Assembly: GCA_964344235.1 (NCBI GenBank)
Contig: CAYFMJ010000001.1
Coordinates: 1 to 24,000, forward strand
Reading direction: 5' to 3'
Length of the DNA: 24,000 nucleotides
Source of the DNA: an uncultured Methanosarcinales archaeon
GTDB taxonomy: Archaea > Nanobdellota > Nanobdellia > Woesearchaeales > GW2011-AR9
A model generated the notes under the pieces. It ran no database searches. It was not told where the DNA came from and worked only from the letters and a program-made list of their open reading frames with translations. The translations under genes were made by a program, and so were the position numbers. This document shows, piece by piece, positions 6,572-14,047 of this stretch (position 1 is the first letter of the stretch; every line of letters begins with the position of its first letter).

Positions 6572-7981
6572 ATGATAGATCCAACTGCAAAATTATTCCG
6601 TTGGGGACCGGTTCCGGGTAGATACTTTTACATGTCAGAGTTTATCCCGGTGTGTTACAAACATTTCAAAGAAAGATTTCCAAAGTGCTTTTGGCCAGAA
6701 GGGATAATCTTGTTTAAAGATAAACGAATGGTATGGGTCCATGATGATAATTCATTTAGAGATGAGGCAAGGAAGGTATTTACTCAATACACATTACATG
6801 AAAAACAACGTGAAACACTATACGGGGAGTGGTTATTCCATCTCAAAAAACTAATACGGTATCAAGAACATATTAACACAGTAGAACTTGCAAAGATTTC
6901 AAATGAGGACTTACTACAGATTTGGGAGAAGTTCTTTGAATTAGTTATTGCTTTCTGGATACCTACAATTCCACCAGAATTGGGTAATTATGGTTCTGAG
7001 AGTATATTACAAGAAGAATTGCAACAATACATTCTTGATCAAGATGAGCTGCGTGTAGCTATGGAAATTTTAACTGCTCCTGAGGAAATTTCATTTTATC
7101 AGGAAGAGGAGATCGAGCTTGCGAAGACAGAGAATATTGAAGCACACCAGAAAAAGTATTTTTGGTTGCACAACAGCTATGCTGGTGTGGATGAGTTGTG
7201 GGTTGCGAATTTCGAGGAACGGAAAAAGAACATTCCAAAAACAATCGAGGAGGAACTAGAGATTCGCATAGAAACAACAAAAGAGGAGCGGGAAGAAATC
7301 ATAAAGAGGTATGATCTACCGGAGGACATCAAAAAAATAGCAAAAGCAATTCGTGCTAACATTGTTTGGCAAGATCAACGGAAAAAATACATTTTCATCA
7401 ATTTGCACTACAAAGACTTGTTATGCAAAGAAGTTGCACGAAGGTTTAATTATGATTATAATGACTTGCTTAATGCGAATTATCAAGAAGTTGCAGAGAT
7501 CATAAATGACCAGCAGATGCAGAGAGTGCTACAAAAGCGGCGGAAGAGTTTTGGTATTCACTTTACCGAAGAAGAGAAACTTCTCAGCCCCGAGGAAGCT
7601 GCAAAAGCGTGGGATGAGTTTGCTCAAGAAAAAGTAGCCAAAGCGATTACAGAATTTACGGGGACAGTAGCGAGTAAAGGTGTAAGTCGTTTTACCCGAG
7701 GTAAAGTGAGAATAGTGTTTGATCCATTTGAAGCTGACGCTTTCAAGGAAGGAGAAATACTTGTCGCGCCAATGACCTCTCCCGAGTACGTTTTTCTGAT
7801 GAAAAAAGCTGACGCTATTATTACGGACACGGGAGGCCTTACCTGTCACGCGGCTATCGTAAGTAGGGAATTCAGCACTCCCTGCATTGTTGGAACGAGA
7901 GTAGCAACACAAGCATTGAAAGATGGGCAAACTGTTGAAGTTAATACTGAGAAAGGAATAGTTAGAATTATTGAGGATTAG
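6572..7981 (+). CDS. PEP-utilizing enzyme mobile (swivel phosphohistidine) domain protein with an uncharacterised N-terminal region
   Basis: The C-terminus GEILVAPMTSPEYVFLMKKADAIITDTGGLTCHAAIVSREFSTPCIVG matches the PEP-utilizer mobile domain, including the phospho-His (TCH). I could not recognise an ATP-grasp or PEP/pyruvate-binding TIM domain in the ~380 aa upstream. Confidence 0.8.
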   Translation: MIDPTAKLFRWGPVPGRYFYMSEFIPVCYKHFKERFPKCFWPEGIILFKDKRMVWVHDDNSFRDEARKVFTQYTLHEKQRETLYGEWLFHLKKLIRYQEHINTVELAKISNEDLLQIWEKFFELVIAFWIPTIPPELGNYGSESILQEELQQYILDQDELRVAMEILTAPEEISFYQEEEIELAKTENIEAHQKKYFWLHNSYAGVDELWVANFEERKKNIPKTIEEELEIRIETTKEEREEIIKRYDLPEDIKKIAKAIRANIVWQDQRKKYIFINLHYKDLLCKEVARRFNYDYNDLLNANYQEVAEIINDQQMQRVLQKRRKSFGIHFTEEEKLLSPEEAAKAWDEFAQEKVAKAITEFTGTVASKGVSRFTRGKVRIVFDPFEADAFKEGEILVAPMTSPEYVFLMKKADAIITDTGGLTCHAAIVSREFSTPCIVGTRVATQALKDGQTVEVNTEKGIVRIIED

Positions 7982-9741
7982 CCATAATACCAATTACCAT
8001 TACTTCGTTGCTCTCTGTCTTTGACGGAATTGGGTTTATTGATTCTTGGTCTATGGGAAGTAACATCTCGCCGTAAGGTAATATCAAGTGATTTCAAGAA
8101 CGTATTCATCCCTTCTTCCATACTAAATGGACCTTGTAACAAACCAGACTTAGCTGGTGTTCCTGTGAAGACAATAACTCTATCAGAAAGATAATCCATG
8201 AACATTAAATCGTGATCAACAACAAGTACAGTAACGTCTCGTTCCCGAGCAATATTTTTAATAACTTTAGAGATTGCTAGACGTTGTTCAACATCTAAGT
8301 AAGCAGAGGGTTCGTCTAACAAGAAGAGTTCTGCGTCTTTGGACAAGCAGTGAGCGATTGCCACACGTTGTAATTGTCCGCCAGATAATTGTGATAATTT
8401 TTGAGTGAATAGTTTCTCTAAGTCTAACGGTTTGATTAATTGGTTCGAATATTCAGCAATTGCTTCATGTAAAAACTCTGCTACTAATTGGTCAGAAGAA
8501 GAGTCAAGATATTGTGGTTTGTACGAGACTTTCACTTCTCCGTCAATCTTTCCGGAGTCTGCTTCAAAGATTCCGGCAAGTAGTTTAATGAAAGATGTTT
8601 TCCCAATACCGTTCTCACCGAGAATGCCAACGATTTCGTTTTTGTACAAGACACCGTTTTCCGTTGCTAAAGAAAAGTTACCTAACTGTTTCTGTACTTT
8701 TTCCCAGGCAATCAGTTGTTGTGGTAAGTGGGTTCGAGTTTCTTGTGTTCTGCCAAACTTTAATGGAGAAGCTCGGAAACGAACGTTTTCTTCTTTGAGA
8801 AATCCTTCTAAGAAAGCGTTAATTCCCTCTCGCGTTGACTTGACCCCTGAAACTACACCAAACACCCCCTCAGTTCCGTACATGATGTTTAAGAGATCTG
8901 TCATGTAATCTAAAATAATAAGGTCGTGTTCAATGACCACGGTAGAAGTGTCTGCCGTTGCTAAAGAGGAAATAAATTGGGAGATATTAATCCGTTGTTT
9001 AATGTCTAAGTAGGAAGACGGCTCGTCGAAGAGGAAGAGGTTTGCATCTTTCAAGACTGCAGCAGCAATCGCGACTCGTTGTAATTCCCCTCCAGAGATT
9101 TTAGAGACTTCAGTGTCGAGGAAATGTGTAAGGTTTAATTGTTCTGTTATTGTGGCAAGTTTATTGTTAGAGTCTACTCTGGTGAGCAGTTCTTTTACGG
9201 TTCCAGAGAATTGTCTGGGGATTAATTCCACCTGTTGTGGTTTATAGGAAAGAGTAATGTCGTTGTTTTGTAATTTCTCTAAGAATTTCTGTGTTTCGGA
9301 ACCTTTGAAGTAATTGATAACCTCTTTGAATTCTGGTGGGTCTTGCCAATTTCCTAAATTTGGCTTAAGGATATTAGCCATGATTTTAAGTGCTGTAGAC
9401 TTTCCAATACCGTTCTTTCCTAACATCCCGGTTACTTTGCCAAATAACGGTGTCGGGAGGGAGTAGAGTTCAAAGGCATTCTCACCATATCGATGGACAG
9501 GATCTTTTGTTAAGTGTGCTGGGAGGTTGATGATAGTAATAGCACCGAAAGGACATCTGTTAGGACAGATACCACAACCTGTGCAAAGCATTTCATCGAT
9601 CCTGGCTTTTTTATCGGGTTCACCAGGATAGACACAATCACCACCCGCTCGATTAACGGGGCACAATTTAGCACAGAGATAATTACCACATTCATTCGGG
9701 TGACATTTTTCTTTATCGATGACAGCTATTCGTTTTCGCAT
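7978..9741 (-). CDS. abce1: ABCE1 / RNase L inhibitor-type ribosome recycling ATPase
   Basis: N-terminal double 4Fe-4S region (CHPNECGNYLCAKLCP and CTGCGICPNRCP). Two ABC modules with Walker A GKNGIGKST and GENGIGKTS, and signatures LSGGELQRVAIA and LSGGQLQRVAIA. Confidence 0.95.
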   Translation of the reverse strand: MRKRIAVIDKEKCHPNECGNYLCAKLCPVNRAGGDCVYPGEPDKKARIDEMLCTGCGICPNRCPFGAITIINLPAHLTKDPVHRYGENAFELYSLPTPLFGKVTGMLGKNGIGKSTALKIMANILKPNLGNWQDPPEFKEVINYFKGSETQKFLEKLQNNDITLSYKPQQVELIPRQFSGTVKELLTRVDSNNKLATITEQLNLTHFLDTEVSKISGGELQRVAIAAAVLKDANLFLFDEPSSYLDIKQRINISQFISSLATADTSTVVIEHDLIILDYMTDLLNIMYGTEGVFGVVSGVKSTREGINAFLEGFLKEENVRFRASPLKFGRTQETRTHLPQQLIAWEKVQKQLGNFSLATENGVLYKNEIVGILGENGIGKTSFIKLLAGIFEADSGKIDGEVKVSYKPQYLDSSSDQLVAEFLHEAIAEYSNQLIKPLDLEKLFTQKLSQLSGGQLQRVAIAHCLSKDAELFLLDEPSAYLDVEQRLAISKVIKNIARERDVTVLVVDHDLMFMDYLSDRVIVFTGTPAKSGLLQGPFSMEEGMNTFLKSLDITLRRDVTSHRPRINKPNSVKDREQRSNGNWYYG

Positions 9742-9830
9742 GATGGTATGGAAGAAAGTTGTTTTATATTAGTTTTGCTTTGGAAATGGGGAAACAAAAT
9801 TATTTAAAGAGAGTACATTTTGAAGTTTAT

Positions 9831-10154
9831 ATGAAAGGGGAACAGTCTACCAAATCAATGTCAAAGGGCAAACTCCAGGAGAAAGAGCCGGGAGAGATTG
9901 GGGAGAATATTACAACACAAGGTGTTCCATACGATTTTTTTGAAATTGGCGGAAGATACCGGGTTGGGGACGTTGAGATAGAGATCACTGAGCCATGTAA
10001 GCCTTGTTCTAATTTGCGATTGATGCCGTATGTTGGTGATGAAAAAATAACAGAGTTCATGAAAACAATGCTTCGGCGAAGGGGTTGGTATGCAAAAGTC
10101 ATTACAGAAGGTAAGGTGACTCAAGGAGATAGCATTGAGAGGTTAGTAGAGTAA
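9831..10154 (+). CDS. Short MOSC-domain protein (C-terminal half of the domain only)
   Basis: PGEIGENITTQGVPYDFFEIGGRYRVGDVEIEITEPCKPCSNL matches the MOSC core with its conserved Cys. The start is uncertain: ATG at 9831 or 9786, TTG at 9759. Even the longest option lacks the usual N-terminal part of MOSC proteins. Confidence 0.65.
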   Translation: MKGEQSTKSMSKGKLQEKEPGEIGENITTQGVPYDFFEIGGRYRVGDVEIEITEPCKPCSNLRLMPYVGDEKITEFMKTMLRRRGWYAKVITEGKVTQGDSIERLVE

Positions 10155-10315
10155 TGGCAAAATGTTCAATTTGTAGTAATAAAATTGCAGAGTTATTTCT
10201 TGGAAAGTTAAAAGGCACAATTGTAAAGAAGCCAGGGAAGAGTAAGCAGTTCCCAGTATGTTTTGATTGTCAGAAGAAGTTTCAGAGTAAGGAAGCGTTG
10301 TTAGAGAAGCTTTAA
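10154..10315 (+). CDS. Small zinc-ribbon protein (53 aa), not in the supplied ORF track
   Basis: MAKCSICSNKIAELFLGKLKGTIVKKPGKSKQFPVCFDCQKKFQSKEALLEKL has two CxxC pairs. Its ATG overlaps the MOSC stop as TAATG (10152-10156), which suggests translational coupling. The antisense 61-aa track ORF (10143..10328) has no comparable features. Confidence 0.55.
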   Translation: MAKCSICSNKIAELFLGKLKGTIVKKPGKSKQFPVCFDCQKKFQSKEALLEKL

Positions 10316-10884
10316 ACACTGGCAGCAAGTTGTTCTAAAGGCCTTTCCTCAGTGTCAATACGGTAGACCTTTCTCTTTGGGTCCAGAATACTATGAGCTC
10401 GCCAAGGTCTTTTATAGTACTCCCTCAAAGCGGCGAGAATTGCCTCTTGAGATTGTCCATGAAAAACTGCAGCGCGTCTGTCACCCCAATCATACATGTT
10501 GTGTGTTAAGTCAACCGCAACAAATGTGGTTGGAGGAATATAGATCAGACCTTTCGTGTCAAAATGGCTTTGTTGCAAACGGCCACCGCGCAGCTCAAAA
10601 TAGCTGGCGTGAGGGAATGTTCCAAAAAGCGTGGGTTCTTCATCTTCTTCAGCTAAAAGTAATCCAAATTCCCTTACCGCTTCATAACAAAAATTTTGGA
10701 AGTGGCCCTCCGTTCTAATATCAGCTCTACGAATATCTCCCTGCTGCCTGAAGAAAGCGGGAAAAGCAAATTCTAACACTTCAGCAAGAGGTTCTAATTC
10801 TACACCAAAGTTCATCGCCACTGGGCGTGACCGTAAGTCGTATTGCACAGTACAGCCATGCATTTTTCTTAGTGCTTGTGACAT
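10312..10884 (-). CDS. Hypothetical protein (190 aa), unrecognised family
   Basis: Long ORF with an ATG start and protein-like composition. It contains H-F-D ... H strings (SHFDTKG, THNMY, VFHGQS), which are weakly reminiscent of metal-binding cupin/dioxygenase motifs and are not diagnostic. It is visibly more G+C-rich than its neighbours (for example 31 of 60 G+C in 10561-10620). Confidence 0.6.
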   Translation of the reverse strand: MSQALRKMHGCTVQYDLRSRPVAMNFGVELEPLAEVLEFAFPAFFRQQGDIRRADIRTEGHFQNFCYEAVREFGLLLAEEDEEPTLFGTFPHASYFELRGGRLQQSHFDTKGLIYIPPTTFVAVDLTHNMYDWGDRRAAVFHGQSQEAILAALREYYKRPWRAHSILDPKRKVYRIDTEERPLEQLAASV

Positions 10885-10933
10885 ATTTATCGCAGAAGTT
10901 ATGTTTTTTAAGAATGTTTGGGAGAATTATGAA

Positions 10934-10946
10934 TAATTTTAAAAAT
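10934..10946 (+). promoter_or_regulatory. TATA-like box upstream of tRNA-Thr
   Basis: ATAATTTTAAAAA is centred about 30 nt upstream of the tRNA 5' end, the expected spacing for an archaeal promoter. Confidence 0.4.
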
Positions 10947-10969
10947 GAGGTGTTTCTGCAGTGAAATGC

Positions 10970-11041
10970 GCCCTCGTGGCTTAGTGGTATAGCGGCTGCC
11001 TCGTAAGCAGCAGGTCGTGGGTTCAAATCCCACCGAGGGCT
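10970..11041 (+). tRNA. tRNA-Thr (anticodon CGU)
   Basis: Hand-folded cloverleaf. Acceptor stem GCCCTCG/CGAGGGC. D-arm GCTT-AGTGGTA-TAGC. Anticodon stem GCTGC/GCAGC with loop CTCGTAA (CGT at positions 34-36). Variable loop AGGTC. T-arm GTGGG-TTCAAAT-CCCAC. Discriminator T. No encoded CCA, and a T-run follows. Confidence 0.93.
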
Positions 11042-11046
11042 TTTTA
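11041..11046 (+). terminator. Oligo-T termination signal after tRNA-Thr
   Basis: TTTTTA begins directly at the tRNA 3' end. Archaeal RNAP terminates at T-runs. Confidence 0.45.
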
Positions 11047-11086
11047 TTCTGATAATTTATTTATACTATAATTCTTTTCAGAGTCC

Positions 11087-11278
11087 ATGGTTTTATGGGA
11101 AGGCCATTTCGGCCAGATGTTTGGAAAGTGTAAACATTGTAACCATGCTATTGCAGAAATCAAAGGAGAATGGCATCACGAAACATGGGACAGAGACCAT
11201 GAGGGTAAGACATGTAACATTCGTTGGATTAAGCAAGAGTTTCGAGGCCTGTGCGATTGTACATCTCCAAAACCATAG
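11087..11278 (+). CDS. Small Cys/His-rich protein (63 aa), putative metal-binding
   Basis: GKCKHCNHAIAEIKGEWHHETWDRDHEGKTCNIRW...GLCDCTSP contains CxxC, one further Cys, CxC and six His. ATG start with a TATA-like ATTTATTTATACTAT about 25 nt upstream. No family recognised. Confidence 0.45.
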   Translation: MVLWEGHFGQMFGKCKHCNHAIAEIKGEWHHETWDRDHEGKTCNIRWIKQEFRGLCDCTSPKP

Positions 11279-11322
11279 TATTCTTTCCTAAATTTTATAA
11301 AACGATAATAGAAGTGGGATGT

Positions 11323-12165
11323 ATGAAAACGTTATTGATCGGAGAGATACACCTAGATGCGGAGAAGTTGCTGCAAGAGGGCACCGATTTGCAACACATG
11401 TCCAATGAACAGTTTTGTGCTGTCGCTGATTTCCCAGAAGTAGAAGCGTTGGTGCTACGAACGTTTACGCATTGTAAGAAGAATGAATTAGATTTCTTTC
11501 CACAATTGAAGTATATTGTTATTTGTAGTGTTGGTGTGAATAATTTAGATTTAGAGGAGATGGAGAAGAGGGGAATTACATTAATTCATGTTCCAGGCAC
11601 AAATGCCAATAGTGTGGCGGAGCATACATTGTATTTGTTATTTTCATTATTGCGAGAAGATGTGAAGAAGCCATTTGCTGAGTTAGAAGGAAAGACAATT
11701 GGAATTATTGGTTTAGGACATATTGGAAAATTAGTAGCGAGAAAAATGAAAGGGTTTGGTTGTAAGGTTATTGCGTTTGATGTGATTGAGCAAGATGAGG
11801 GAGTGTTGAGAGAACTACAGGTTGAGATGAAATCGTTTGAAGAAGTGTTGGGAAGTGATGTGGTAACAGTGCATGTTCCTTTGAATAAGCACACAAAGCA
11901 TTTGATTAATGAAGATGCTTTCTCTAAGATGAGAGAGGGTGCTTTTTTTATCAATACAAGCAGAGAAGAAGTGATTGATGAGGATGCATTAGTAAAGTTA
12001 CAATCAAAGTTCCGAGGGATTGGGTTAGATGTGTATTCTGAGAAACTGAAACAATTAGAAGGCAACGTTGTATTAACAGATCATGTGGCTGCACAGGGAG
12101 AGGAAAGTTTTAGGCAGCAATGTGTCAAACCAGTAGAAAAATTTCTAGAATCTATGCAGCGTTAA
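11323..12165 (+). CDS. D-isomer-specific 2-hydroxyacid dehydrogenase family protein (PGDH/glyoxylate reductase-like)
   Basis: NAD-binding GIIGLGHIGKLVARKMKGFGCKVIAFD. Catalytic-region strings FINTSREEVIDEDAL and LTDHVAAQ. ATG at 11323 with TATA-like AATTTTATAAAA about 25 nt upstream; the track start at 11251 is rejected. Confidence 0.85.
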   Translation: MKTLLIGEIHLDAEKLLQEGTDLQHMSNEQFCAVADFPEVEALVLRTFTHCKKNELDFFPQLKYIVICSVGVNNLDLEEMEKRGITLIHVPGTNANSVAEHTLYLLFSLLREDVKKPFAELEGKTIGIIGLGHIGKLVARKMKGFGCKVIAFDVIEQDEGVLRELQVEMKSFEEVLGSDVVTVHVPLNKHTKHLINEDAFSKMREGAFFINTSREEVIDEDALVKLQSKFRGIGLDVYSEKLKQLEGNVVLTDHVAAQGEESFRQQCVKPVEKFLESMQR

Positions 12166-13930
12166 GTACACCAATAACATCTTGCTGTATTGGAATTCTC
12201 TTTTTATCACACATGTGAAGGAATGCTGTTAAAATTGCTTTCTTGGCATGCATACTTGATAGTAAGTCAATACGAGTTTCTATGTGGTAACGATCTTCGA
12301 CCTGTTGTCTATCAGACTTACCAGTAGCTTTGACATCTGGCTTAGCATAATGGGAACCAGAAAGTAATTGCCGTTTTATATTGCGTTCGATGTCATGTTT
12401 CCGACGTTCCCTTGTTGGTAAAGTTCTAACAAGTTTCTCTAAGAACATTCTGTTTTCGGGGTGGTTCATGAGAGCCATACGAGGCTGCACCAAGTCATCA
12501 TCAAATGTTCCCCCAAAGAAGACTAAATCCTCATCAAACAATCGGTAGTGTGGGCCGTATTCAATACTGGTTACTTCACCGCGAGAGCTGGATACAAGAA
12601 CGACGGGAATGCCACTCTCTCTACAGGCAGCAAGAGGATGCCTATATGATTCAACAGGATCTTTCATTCGTAAACCAGCTGAACCAGTCGCTTGGATAAT
12701 CATCCCTGACAGATCTCCGCCAGTACGATCAATTATAGTCTGTAAGAGAATTGGGTCAGTTGAACTTTTTAACGAGAGGATGCCGGAGAAGTCTAAATCG
12801 TCGTTTGGAACTCCAGAATATTCTTCCCAGAATTCTGTGATCGTTCTTACCATTTGGGGGGAGTATCCTCCCTCTCGAGCTAAAAGAATCCCAAATACTC
12901 CCATTAAATGTTCGCGCTCAAGAAGTGTTCTTTTATCACGCTGGCGACGCAGGTTTTCAACTAACATAAAATAATGAGGTATTCGGCCGACAACTCTGCC
13001 TTTAAGGTTCATGGTATCGATGAGTGTTTCAATGTCATTAGCTATTCTACTCGGAGAATCGTTCGTTGGACGGCGTTTCAGTTCTTTCATACGTTCAGAA
13101 CCATACCCCAATAAGTGCGGTAAAGGAACCCTCCCCCTTCCACCAACAACTTTTGTATCAGCATAATCTAATGTGCCATCTCGAACTTCACGAAAATATT
13201 CAATTGCATCACGGATATACTTAAAAGGGTCTTGTCTCCTTCTTCTTTCAACTGCTCTGATAGCCCCCCCACTATCTAAGAGCTCTTCCAATTTGACTCG
13301 AGCAAAATAACTTCGCGTTCTTTCTTCATACCGTCTTTGATCTACTTCGGTCCCCTCTTGCCATCGGGGCGCAAGCTGAAAAGAACCCGGGCGGCGAAAA
13401 TTTTTTGCATAATGGCGCGTGTGCCAGTCAACTGCCCCGGAAGGAGTATCGTGTCTGCTCGTAATAATAACACCATTCGGACGGACTGCGAACACACCTG
13501 AACCATCACCATGAGCAGCAAAGATTCCTGCAGTAAGTGTATTAACGGGAGCGTCGGAGCCAACTTTTTCTGGTCCTTTGATTGAACCTAAGAACACAAC
13601 AGGATAACGCCACATTTCATTACCCATTAACGCCAGAGTTGGTGCAGCTAAATTCATGGTATCCGTGCCATAGGAGATAATAACGCCGTCTTTTTGCCCG
13701 GCATAATGGACTACGGTTTTTCCCAATTCAAGAATGTCAACCCGAGGGTGATCCGAACTATCACCAGATGCACGAACTGGGAACGCTTCATAACTAGTAT
13801 AAGGGACTTGGCCCAATGTTGTGAGTAGTGTGTCTTGAGCTGCAGGATCGACGTCTCGTGGTCCGGCTCCCGTTACACCACTGCCAATTGTACCGCCCGT
13901 TGCAGTGTAAAAAAACCTTCGTGTTCGCAT
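12152..13930 (-). CDS. L-asparaginase/GatD-family protein with a large internal insertion and a C-terminal extension
   Basis: N-domain motifs YTATGGTIGS (nucleophile Thr codon 13898-13900) and ISYGTDTM. C-domain ILSLKSSTDPILLQTI...GMIIQATGSAGL...GIPVVLVSSSRGEV. About 200 Arg/Glu-rich residues (roughly 12800-13420) separate the two asparaginase lobes, and about 110 extra residues follow the C-domain. ATG at 13930 is preferred to TTG at 13981. Confidence 0.8.
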   Translation of the reverse strand: MRTRRFFYTATGGTIGSGVTGAGPRDVDPAAQDTLLTTLGQVPYTSYEAFPVRASGDSSDHPRVDILELGKTVVHYAGQKDGVIISYGTDTMNLAAPTLALMGNEMWRYPVVFLGSIKGPEKVGSDAPVNTLTAGIFAAHGDGSGVFAVRPNGVIITSRHDTPSGAVDWHTRHYAKNFRRPGSFQLAPRWQEGTEVDQRRYEERTRSYFARVKLEELLDSGGAIRAVERRRRQDPFKYIRDAIEYFREVRDGTLDYADTKVVGGRGRVPLPHLLGYGSERMKELKRRPTNDSPSRIANDIETLIDTMNLKGRVVGRIPHYFMLVENLRRQRDKRTLLEREHLMGVFGILLAREGGYSPQMVRTITEFWEEYSGVPNDDLDFSGILSLKSSTDPILLQTIIDRTGGDLSGMIIQATGSAGLRMKDPVESYRHPLAACRESGIPVVLVSSSRGEVTSIEYGPHYRLFDEDLVFFGGTFDDDLVQPRMALMNHPENRMFLEKLVRTLPTRERRKHDIERNIKRQLLSGSHYAKPDVKATGKSDRQQVEDRYHIETRIDLLSSMHAKKAILTAFLHMCDKKRIPIQQDVIGVLNAA

Positions 13931-14047
13931 GGGAACTATAAAAAACGCCACATTATAAATGTTACTACTGTCGATGAACAAAATAAAAAAATAAGAGGTG
14001 AACTCAAAAGCAAAACATTCTTAAAGAGAGTTTGTCTCGAGGGGAGA

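Noticed and set aside
7529-8908. Track ORFs 7529..7993 (-), 7624..7830 (-), 8405..8908 (+) and 8595..8798 (+). Similar antisense ORFs occur at 386..754, 1316..2395, 11586..12065, 12505..12974, 16044..17318 and 18390..21719.
   Set aside because: All lie antisense or out of frame within genes that have strong family signatures. Their compositions are Ser/Thr/Pro-rich mirror-image artefacts of acidic or Lys/Glu-rich coding strands.
10143-10328. 61-aa minus-strand ORF from the track.
   Set aside because: The plus strand here encodes a 53-aa CxxC...CxxC ORF with a TAATG coupling to the preceding gene. The minus-strand product has no features and would overlap two genes.
10781-11026. 81-aa minus-strand ORF.
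   Set aside because: It runs antisense through the tRNA-Thr gene and its promoter, has no supporting features, and partly overlaps the real 190-aa gene in another frame.
13835-14047. Long N-terminal extensions implied by track starts: 13835 for the membrane protein, 13981 for the asparaginase-like gene, and also 1308, 2944, 9759 and 11251.
   Set aside because: These starts are TTG/GTG or fall inside or antisense to neighbouring genes. Downstream ATGs with an RBS or correctly spaced TATA-like boxes (14048, 13930, 1326, 3040, 9831, 11323) give products that begin where the family homology begins.
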